From Eledone cirrhosa (Eukaryota), in contig OZ024744.1 of assembly GCA_964016885.1 (NCBI GenBank), forward strand, positions 119,970,001-120,034,000: DNA of 64,000 nt. Direction: 5' to 3'. This document shows, in pieces, positions 12,001 through 24,000 of the stretch. A program made the translations under genes and the position numbers. A model generated the notes under the pieces. The model was not told the origin of the DNA. It ran no database searches and saw only the letters and a list, made by a program, of their open reading frames with translations. Every line of letters begins with the position of its first letter. Position 1 is the stretch's first letter.

Positions 12001-15000
12001 AGCTGTGATCTCTCAATTTAGAGATTCTTTCCTGAGATATTCTAACCACATGTCATAGTATTAGAGATGTGATCTCTCAATTCAGAGATTCTTTCCTGCG
12101 ACATTCTAACCACATATCATAGTATCTGAGCTGTTATTCTCTCAATTCAGAGATTCTTTCCTGAGACATTCTAACCACATGTCATAGGATCAGAGTTGTG
12201 ATCTCTCAATTCAGAGATTCTTTCCTGAGATATTCTAACCACATGTCATAGTATCAGAGCTGTGATCTCCCAATTCAGAGATTCTTTCCTGGGATATTCT
12301 AACCACATGTCATAGTATCAGAGCTGTGATCTCTCAATTCAGATATTCTTTCCTGAGACATTAAAGCCACATGTCTGTAGTATCAGAGCTGTGATCTCTC
12401 AATTCAGAGATTCTTTCCTGAGACATTCTAACCACATGTCTGTAGTATCAGAGCTGTATGCTCTGAATTCAGATATTCTTTCCTGAGACATTCTAACCAC
12501 ATGTCATAGGATCAGAGTTGTGATCTCTCAATTCAGAGATTCTTTCCTGAGATATTCTAACCACATGTCATAGTATCAGAGCTGTGATCTCCCAATTCAG
12601 AGATTCTTTCCTGGGATATTCTAACCACATGTCATAGTATCAGAGCTGTGATCTCTCAATTCAGATATTCTTTCCTGAGACATTAAAGCCACATGTCATA
12701 GGATCAGAGTTGTGATCTCTCAATTCAGAGATTCTTTCCTGAGATATTCTAACCACATGTCATAGTATCAGAACTGTGACCTCTCAATTCAGAGATTCTT
12801 TCCTGAGACATTCTAACCACATGTCTGTAGTATCAGAGCTGTGATCTCTCAATTCAGAGATTCTTTCCTGAGACATTCTAACCACATGTCTGTAGTATCA
12901 GAGCTGTATGCTCTGAATTCAGATATTCTTTCCTGAGACATTCTAACCACATGTCATAGGATCTGAGTTGTGATCTCTCAATTCAGAGATTCTTTCCTGA
13001 GATATTCTAACCACATGTCATAGTATCAGAGCTGTGATCTCCCAATTCAGAGATTCTTTCCTGGGATATTCTAACCACATGTCATAGTATCAGAGCTGTG
13101 ATCTCTCAATTCAGATATTCTTTCCTGAGACATTAAAGCCACATGTCATAGGATCAGAGTTGTGATCTCTCAATTCAGAGATTCTTTCCTGAGATATTGT
13201 AAACACATGTCATATTATCAGAGCTGTGATCTCTCAATTCAGAGATTCTTTCATGGGATATAGAATATATCACATGTCATGTTATCAGAGCTGTGATCTC
13301 TCAATTCAGATATTCTTTCCTGAGACATTCTAACCACATGTCATATTATCAGAGTTGTGATCTCTCAATTCAGTGATTCTTTCCTGAGGTATTCTAACCA
13401 AATGTCATAGTATCAGATCTGTGATATCTCAATTCAGAGATTCTTTCCTGAGACATTCTTACCACATGTCATAGTATCAGAGCTGTGATCTCTCAATTCA
13501 GAGATTCTTTCCTGAGACATTCTAAGCTCGTCATAGTATCAGAGCTGTGATATCTCAATTCAGAGATTCTTTCCTGAGACATTCTAACCACATGTCATAG
13601 TATCAGAGCTGTGATCTCTCAATTTAGATATTCTTTCCTGAGATATTCTAACCATATGTCATAGTATTAGAGCTGTGATCTCTCAATTCAGAGATTCTTC
13701 CCTGAGACATTCTAACCACATGTCTGTAGTATCAGAGCTGAATGCTCTCAATTCAGAGATTCTTTCCTGAGACATTCTAACCACATGTCATGGTATCAGA
13801 GCTGTTAAAACTCAATTGAGAGATTCTTTCCTGAGATATTTTAACCACATATCATAGTATCAGAGCTGTCATCTCTCAATTCAGATATTCTCTCCTGAGA
13901 CATTCTAACCACATGTCATAGTATCAGAGCGGTGATCTCTCCATTTAGAGATTCTTTCATGAGATATTTTAACCACATATCATAGTATCAGAGCTGTCAT
14001 CTCTCAATTCAGAGATTCTTTCCTGAGACATTCTAACCACATGTCATAGTATCAGAGCTGTGATCTCTCAATTTAGAGATTCTTTCATGAAATATTCTAA
14101 CCATATGTCATAATATCAGAACTATGATCTCTCAATTCAGAGATTCTTTCCTGAGACATTCTAACCACATGTCTGTAGTATCAGAGCTGTGATCTCTCAA
14201 TTCAGAGATTCTTTCCTAATAAATTCTTACCACATGTCATAGTATCAGAGCTGTGATCTCTCAATTCAGAGATTCTTTCCTGAGACATTCTAACCACGTC
14301 ATAGTATCAGAGCTGTGATATCTCAATTCAGAGATTCTTTCCTGAGACATTCTAATCTCATGTCATAGTATCAGAGCTGTGATCTCTCAATTTAGATATT
14401 CTTTCCTGAGATATGTTAACCAAATGTCATAGTATCAGATCTGTGATATCTCAATTCCGAGATTCTTTCCTGAGACATTCTTACCACATGTCATAGTATC
14501 AGAGCTGTGATCTCTCAATTTAGATATTCTTTCCTGAGATATTATAACCACATGTCATAGTATCAGATCTGTGATCTCTCAATTTAGATATTCTTTCCTG
14601 AGATATTATAACCACATGTCACAGTATTAGAGCTGTGATCTCTCAATTCTGAGATTCTTCCCTGAGACATTCTAACCACATGTCTGTAGTATCAGAGCTG
14701 AATGCTCTCAATTCAGAGATTCTTTCCTGAGACATTCTAACCACATGTCATAGTATCGGAGCTGTGATCTCTCAATTCAGAGATTCTTTCCTGTGACATT
14801 CTAACCACATGTCATAGTATCAGAGCTGTGATCTCTCAATTCAAAGATTCTTTCCTGAGACATTCTAACCACATGTCATAGTATCAGAGCTGTGATATCT
14901 CAATTCAGAGATTCTTTCCTGACACATTCTAAACACATGTCATAGTATCAGAGCTGTGATCTCTCAATTCAGAGATTCTTTCCTGAGACATTCTAACCAC

Positions 15001-18000
15001 ATGTCTGTAGTATCAGAGCTGTATGCTCTCAATTCAGAGATTCTTTCCTGAGACATTCTAACCACATGTCATAGTATCGGAGCTGTGATCTCTCAATTCA
15101 GAGATTCTTTCCTGAGACATTCTAACCACATGTCATAGTTACAGAGCTGTGATCTCTCTATTCAGAGATTCTTTCTTGAGACATTCTAACTCCATGTCCA
15201 CAGTATCAGAGCTGTGTTCTCGCAATTTAGAGATTCTTTCAAGAGATATTCTAACCACACGTCATAGTATCAGAGCTGTGATCTCTCAATTCAGAGATTC
15301 TTTCCTGAGACATTCTAACGACATGTAATAGTATTAGATCTGTGATCTCTCAATTTAGAGATTCTTTCCTGAGACATTCTAACTCCATGTCCACAGTATC
15401 AGAGCTGTGATCTCTCAATTTAGAGATTCTTTCCTGAGACATTCTACCACATGTCATAGTATCAGAGCTGTGATCTCTCAATTCAGAGATGCTTTCCTGA
15501 GACATTCTAACCACATGTCATAGTATCAGAGCTGTGATCTCTCAATTCAGAGATTCTTTCCTGAGACATTCTAACGACATGTCATGGTATCCGAGCTGTT
15601 AAAACTCAATTGAGAGATTCTTTCCTGAGATATTTTAACCACATATCATAGTATCAGAGCTCTCATCTCTCAATTCAGAGATTCTTTCCTGAGACATTCT
15701 AACCACATGTCATAGTATCAGAGCGGTGATCGCTCCATTTAGAGATTCTTTCATGAGATATTTTAACCACATATCATAGTATCAGAGCTGTCATCTCTCA
15801 ATTCAGAGATTCTTTCCTGAGACATTCTAACCACATGTCTGTAGTATCAGAGCTGTGATCTCTCAATTCAGAGATTCTTTCCTGATACATTCTTACCACA
15901 TGTCATAGTATCAGAGCTGTGATCTCTCAATTCAGAGATTCTTTCCTGAGACATTCTAACCACGTCATAGTATCAGAGCTGTGATATCTCAATTCAGAGA
16001 TTCTTTCCTGAGACATTCTTACCACATGTCATAGTATCAGAGCTGTGATCTCTCAATTTAGATATTCTTTCCTGAGATATTATAACCACATGTCATAGTA
16101 TCAGAGCTGTGATCTCTCAATTCAGAGATTCTTTCCTGAGACATTCTAAGCTCGTCATAGTATCAGAGCTGTGATATCTCAATTCAGAGATTCTTTCCTG
16201 AGACATTCTAACCACATGTCATAGTATCAGAGCTGTGATCTCTCAATTTAGATATTCTTTCCTGAGATATTCTAACCACATGTCATAGTATTAGAGCTGT
16301 GATCTCTCAATTCAGAGATTCTTCCCTGAGACATTCTAACCACATGTCTGTAGTATCAGAGCTGAATGCTCTCAATTCAGAGATTCTTTCCTGAGACATT
16401 CTAACCACATGTCATAGAATCGGAGCTGTGATCTCTCAATTCAGAGATTCTTTCCTGTGACATTCTAACCACATGTCATAGTATCAGAGCTGTGATCTCT
16501 CAATTCAGAGATTCTTTCCTGAGACATTCTAACCACATGTCATAGTATCAGAGCTGTGATATCTCAATTCAGAGATTCTTTCCTAACACATTCTAACCAC
16601 ATGTCATAGTATCAGAGCTGAGATCTCTCAATTTAGATATTCTTTCCTGAGATATTCTAACCACATGTCATAGTATCAGAGCTGTATGCTCTCAATTCAG
16701 AGATTCTTTCCTGAGACATTCTAACCACATGGCATAGTATCAGAGCTGTGATATCTCAATTCAGAGATTCTTTCCTGAGATATTCTAACCACATGTCATA
16801 GTATCAGAGCCGTGATCTCTCAATTCAGATATTCTTTCCTGAGATATTCTAACCACATGTCATAGGATCAGAGTTGTGATCTCTCAATTCAGAGATTCTT
16901 TCCTGAGATATTCTAACCACATGTCATCGTATCAGAGCTGTGATCTCCCAATTCAGAGATTCTTTCCTGGGATATTCTAACCACATGTCATAGTATCAGA
17001 GCTGTGATCTCTCAATTCAGATATTCTTTCCTGAGACATTAAAGCCACATGTCATAGGATCAGAATTGTGATCTTTCAATTAAGAGATTCTTTCCTGAGA
17101 TATTGTAAACACATGTCATATTATCAGAGCTGTGATCTCTCAATTCAGAGATTCTTTCATGGGATATAGAATATATCACATGTCATATTATCAGAGCTGT
17201 GATCTCTCAATTCAGATATTCTTTCCTGAGATATTCTAACCACATGTCATATTATCAGAGTTGTGATCTCTCAATTCAGTGATTCTTTCCTGAGATATTC
17301 TAACCAAATGTCATAGTATCAGATCTGTGATATCTCAATTCAGAGATTCTTTCCTGAGACATTCTTACCACATGTCATAGTATCAGAGCTGTGATCTCTC
17401 AATTTAGATATTCTTTCCTGAGATATTATAACCACATGTCATAGTATCAGAGCTGTGATCTCTCAATTCAGAGTTTCTTTCCTGAGACATTCGAAGCTCG
17501 TCATAGTATCAGAGCTGTGATATCTCAATTCAGAGATTCTTTCCTGAGACATTCTAACCACATGTCATAGTATCGGAGCTGTGATCTCTCAATTCAGAGA
17601 TTCTTTCCTGAGACATTCTAACCACATGTCATAGTATCAGAGCTGTGATCTCTCAATTCAGAGATTCTTTCCTGAGACATTCTAACCACATGTCATAGTA
17701 TTCAGAGCTGTGATATCTCAATTCAGAGATTCTTTCCTGACACATTCTAACCACATGTCATAGTATCAAAGCTGTGATCTCTCAATTTAGATATTCTTTC
17801 CTGAGATATTCTAACCACATGTCATAGTATTAGAGCTGTGATCTCTCAATTCAGAGATTCTTTCCTGAGACATTCTAACCACATGTCTGTAGTATCAGAG
17901 CTGTATGCTCTCAATTCAGAGATTCTTTCCAGAGACATTCTAACCACATGTCATAGTATCGGAGCTGTGATCTCTCAATTCAGAGATTCTTTCCTGAGAC

Positions 18001-21000
18001 ATTCTAACCACATGTCATAGTATCAGAGCTGTGATATCTCAATTCAGAGATTCTTTCCTGACACATTCTAGCCACATGTCATAGTATCAGAGCTGTGATC
18101 TCTCAATTTAGATATTCTTTCCTGAGATATTCTAACCACATGTCATAGTATTAGAGCTGTGATCTCTCAATTCAGAGATTCTTTACTGAGACATTCTAAC
18201 CACATGTCTGTAGTATCAGAGCTGTATGCTCTCAATTCAGAGATTCTTTCCTGAGACATTCTAACCACATGTCATAGTATCGGAGCTGTGATCTCTCAAT
18301 TCAGAGATTCTTTCCTGAGATATTCTAACCACATGTCATAGTTACAGAGCTGTGATCTCTCTATTCAGAGATTCTTTCTTGAGACATTCTAACTCCATGT
18401 CTACAGTATCAGAGCTGTGATCTCTCAATTTAGAGATTCTTTCCTGAGATATTCTAACTACATGTCATAGTATCAGAGCTGTGATCTCTCAATTTAGAGA
18501 TTCTTTCAAGAGATATTCTAACCACATGTCATAGTATCAGAGCTGTGATCTCTCAATTCAGAGATTCTTTCCTGAGACGTTCTAACCACATGTAATGGTA
18601 TTAGATCTGTGATCTCTCAATTTAGAGATTCTTTCCTGAGACATTCTAACTCCATGTCCACAGTATCAGAGCTGTGATCTCTCAATTTAGAGATTCTTTC
18701 CTGAGACATTCTAACCACATGCCATAGTATTAGAGATGTGATCTCTCAATTCAGAGATTCTTTCCTGAGACATTCTAACCACATGTCATAGTATCTGAGC
18801 TGTTATCTCTCAATTCAGAGATTCTTTCCTGAGATATTCTAACCACATGTCATAGTTACAGAGCTGTGATCTCTCTATTCAGAGATTCTTTCTTGAGACA
18901 TTCTAACTCCATGTCCACAGTATCAGATCTGTGATCTCTCAATTTAGAGATTCTTTCCTGAGATATTCTAACTACATGTCATAGTATCAGAGCTGTGATC
19001 TCTCAATTTAGAGATTCTTTCAAGAGATATTCTAACCACATGTAATAGTATTAGATCTGTGATCTCTCAATTTAGAGATTCTTTCCTGAGATATTGTAAA
19101 CACATGTCATATTATCAGAGCTGTGATCTCTCAATTCAGAGATTCTTTCATGGGATATAGAATATATCACATGTCATATTATCAGAGCTGTGATCTCTCA
19201 ATTCAGATATTCTTTCCTGAGATATTCTAACCACATGTCATATTATCAGAGTTGTGATCTCTCAATTTAGATATTGTTTCCTGAAATATTATAACCACAT
19301 GTCATAGTATCAGAGCTGTGATCTCTCAATTCAGAGATTCTTTCCTGAGACATTCTAAGCTCGTCATAGTATCAGAGCTGTGATATCTCAATTCAGAGAT
19401 TCTTTCCTGAGACATTCTAACCACATGTCTGTAGTATCAGAGCTGTATGCTCTCAATTCAGAGATTCTTTCCTGAGACATTCTAACCACATGTCATAGTA
19501 TCAGAGCTGTGATATCTCAATTCAGAGATTCTTTCCTGACACGTTCTAACCACATGTCATAGTATCAGAGCTGTGATCTCTCAATTTAGATATTCTTTCC
19601 TGTGATATTCTAACCACATGTCATAGTATTAGAGCTGTGATCTCTCAATTCAGAGATTCTTTCCTGAGACATTCTAATCACATGTCTGTAGTATCAGAGC
19701 TGTATGCTCTCAATTCAGAGATTCTTTACAGAGCCATTCTAACCACATGTCATAGTATCGGAGCTGTGATATCTCAATTCAGAGTTTCTTTCCTGACACA
19801 TTCTAGCCACATGTCATAGTATCAGAGCTGTGATCTCTCAATTTAGATATTCTTTCCTGAGATATTCTAACCACATGTCATAGTATTAGAGCTGTGATCT
19901 CTCAATTCAGAGATTCTTTCCTGAGACATTCTAACCACATGTCTGTAATATCAGATCTGTATAATTCTCAATTCAGAGATTCTTTCCTGAGACATTCTAA
20001 CCACATGTCATAGTATCAGAGCTGTGATCTCTCAATTCAGAGATTCTTTCCTGAGATATTCTAACCACATGTCATAGTATCAGAGCTGTGATATCTCAAT
20101 TCAGAGATTCTTTCCTGAGATATTCTAACCACATGTCATAGTTACAGACCTGTGATCTCTCTATTCAGAGATTCTTTCTTGAGACATTCTAACTCCATGT
20201 CCACAGTATCAGAGCTGTGATCTCTCAATTTAGAGATTCTTTCCTGAGATATTCTAACTACATGTCATAGTATCAGAGCTGTGATCTCTCAATTTAGAAG
20301 TTCTTTCAAGAGATATTCTAATCACATGTCATAGTATCAGAGCTGTGATCTCTCAATTCAGAGATTCTTTCCTGAGACATTCTAACCACATGTAATAGTA
20401 TTAGATCTGTGATCTCTCAATTTAGAGATTCTTTCCTGAGACATTCTAACTCCATGTCCACAGTATCAGAACTGTGATCTTTCAATTTAGAGATTCTTTC
20501 CTGAGATATTCTAACCACATGCCATAGTATTAGAAATGTGATCTCTCAATTCAGAGATTCTTTCCTGAGACATTCTAACCACATGTCATAGTATCTGAGC
20601 TGTTATCTCTAAATTCAGAGATTCTTTCCTGAGACATTCTAACCACATGGCATAGTATCAGAGCTGTGATATCTCAATTCAGAGATTCTTTCCTGAGATA
20701 TTCTAACCACATATCATAGTATCAGAGCTGTGATCTCTCAATTCAGATATTCTTTCCTGAGACATTCTAACCACATGTCATAGGATCAGATTTGTGATCT
20801 CTCAATTCAGAGATTCTTTCCTGAGTTATTCTAACCACATGTCATAGTATCAGAGCTGTGACCTCTCAATTCAGAGATTCTTTCCTGAGACATTCTAACC
20901 ACATGTCTGTAGTATCAGAGCTGTATGCTCTCAATTCAGAGATTCTTTCCTGAGACATTCTAACCACATGTCATAATATCAGAGCTGTTATCTCTCAATT

Positions 21001-24000
21001 CAGAGATTCTTTCCTGAGACATTCTAACCACATGGCATACTATCAGAGCTGTGATATCTCAATTCAGAGATTCTTTCCTGAGATATTCTAACCACATGTC
21101 ATAGTATCAGAGCTGTGATCTCTCAATTCAGATATTCTTTCCTGAGACATTCTAACCACATGTCATAGGATCAGAGTTGTGATCTCTCAATTCAGAGATT
21201 CTTTCCTGAGATATTCTAACCACATGTCATAGTATTAGAGCTGTGATCTTTCAATTCAGAGATTCTTCCCTGAGACATTCTAACCACATGTCTGTAGTAT
21301 CAGAGCTGTATGCTCTCAATTCAGAGATTCTTTCCTGAGACATTCTAACCACATGTCATAGTATCAGAGCTGTGATATCTCAATTCAGAGATTCTTTCCT
21401 GACACGTTCTAACCACATGTCATAGTATCAGAGCTGTGATCTCTCAATTTAGATATTCTTTCCTGAGATATTCTAACCACATGTCATAGTATTAGAGCTG
21501 TGATCTCTCAATTCAGAGATTCTTTCCTGAGACATTCTAATCACATGTCTGTAGTATCAGAGCTGTATGCTCTCAATTCAGAGATTCTTTACAGAGCCAT
21601 TCTAACCACATGTCATAGTATCGGAGCTGTGATCTCTCAATTCAGAGATTCTTTCCTGAGACATTCTAACCACATGTCATAGTATCAGAGCTGTGATATC
21701 TCAATTCAGAGTTTCTTTCCTGACACATTCTAGCCACATGTCATAGTATCAGAGCTGTGATCTCTCAATTTAGATATTCTTTCCTGAGATATTCTAACCA
21801 CATGTCATAGTATTAGAGCTGTGATCTCTCAATTCAGAGATTCTTTCCTGAGACATTCTGACCACATGTCTGTAATATCAGAGCTGTATAATTCTCAATT
21901 CAGAGATTCTTTCCTGAGACATTCTAACCACATGTCATAGTATCAGAGCTGTGATCTCTCAATTCAGAGATTCTTTCCTGAGATATTCTAACCACATGTC
22001 ATAGTATCAGAGCTGTGATATCTCAATTCAGAGATTCTTTCCTGAGATATTCTAACCACATGTCATAGTTACAGACCTGTGATCTCTCTATTCAGAGATT
22101 CTTTCTTGAGACATTCTAACTCCATGTCCACAGTATCAGAGCTGTGATCTCTCAATTTAGAGATTCTTTCCTGAGATATTCTAACTACATGTCATAGTAT
22201 CAGAGCTGTGATCTCTCAATTTAGAAGTTCTTTCAAGAGATATACTAATCACATGTCATAGTATCAGAGCTGTGATCTCTCAATTCAGAGATTCTTTCCT
22301 GAGACATTCTAACCACATGTAATAGTATTAGATCTGTGATCTCTCAATTTAGAGATTCTTTCCTGAGACATTCTAACTCCATGTCCACAGTATCAGAACT
22401 GTGATCTCTCAATTTAGAGATTCTTTCCTGAGATATTCTAACCACATGCCATAGTATTAGAGATGTGATCTCTCAATTCAGAGATTCTTTCCTGAGACAT
22501 TCTAACCACATGTCATAGTATCTGAGCTGTTATCTCTAAATTCAGAGATTCTTTCCTGAGACATTCTAACCACATGGCATAGTATCAGAGCTGTGATATC
22601 TCAATTCAGAGATTCTTTCCTGAGATATTCTAACCACATATCATAGTATCAGAGCTGTGATCTCTCAATTCAGATATTCTTTCCTGAGACATTCTAACCA
22701 CATGTCATAGGATCAGATTTGTGATCTCTCAATTCAGAGATTCTTTCCTGAGATATTCTAACCACATGTCATAGTATCAGAGCTGTGACCTCTCAATGCA
22801 GAGATTCTTTCCTGAGACATTCTAACCACATGTCTGTAGTATCAGAGCTGTATGCTCTCAATTCAGAGATTCTTTCCTGAGACATTCTAACCACATGTCA
22901 TAATATCAGAGCTGTTATCTCTCAATTCAGAGATTCTTTCCTGAGACATTCTAACCACATGGCATACTATCAGAGCTGTGATATCTCAATTCAGAGATTC
23001 TTTCCTGAGATATTCTAACCACATGTCATAGTATCAGAGCTGTGATCTCTCAATTCAGATATTCTTTCCTGAGACATTCTAACCACATGTCATAGGATCA
23101 CAGTTGTGATCTCTCAATTCAGAGATTCTTTCCTGAGATATTCTAACTACATGTCATAGTATCAGAGCTGTGATCTCTCAATTTAGAAGTTCTTTCAAGA
23201 GATATTCTAATCACATGTCATAGTATCAGAGCTGTGATCTCTCAATTCAGAGATTCTTTCCTGAGACATTCTAACCACATGTAATAGTATCAGATCTGTG
23301 ATCTCTCAATTTAGAGATTCTTTCCTGAGACATTCTAACTCCATGTCCACAGTATCAGAACTGTGATCTCTCAATTTAGAGATTCTTTCCTGAGATATTC
23401 TAACCACATGCCATAGTATTAGAGATGTGATCTCTCAATTCAGAGATTCTTTCCTGAGACATTCTAACCACATGTCATAGTATCTGAGCTGTTATCTCTC
23501 AATTCAGAGATTCTTTCCTGAGACATTCTAACCACATGGCATAGTATCAGAGCTGTGATATCTCAATTCAGAGATTCTTTCCTGAGATATTCTAACCACA
23601 TGTCATAGTATCAGAGCTGTGATCTCTCAATTCAGATATTCTTTCCTGAGACATTCTAACCACATGTCATAGGATCAGATTTGTGATCTCTCAATTCAGA
23701 GATTCTTTCTTGAGATATTCTAACCACATGTCATAGTATCAGAGCTGTGACCTCTCAATTCAGAGATTCTTTCCTGAGACATTCTAACCACATGTCTGTA
23801 GTATCAGAGCTGTATGCTCTCAATTCAGAGATTCTTTCCTGAGACATTCTAACCACATGTCATAATATCAGAGCTGTTATCTCTCAATTCAGAGATTCTT
23901 TCCTGAGACATTCTAACCACATGGCATACTATCAGAGCTGTGATATCTCAATTCAGAGATTCTTTCCTGAGATATTCTAACCACATGTCATAGTATCAGA

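Noticed and set aside
13805-13810. TTAAAA L1-endonuclease target consensus in variant monomers
   Set aside because: No insertion, poly(A) tract or target-site duplication is associated with any copy.
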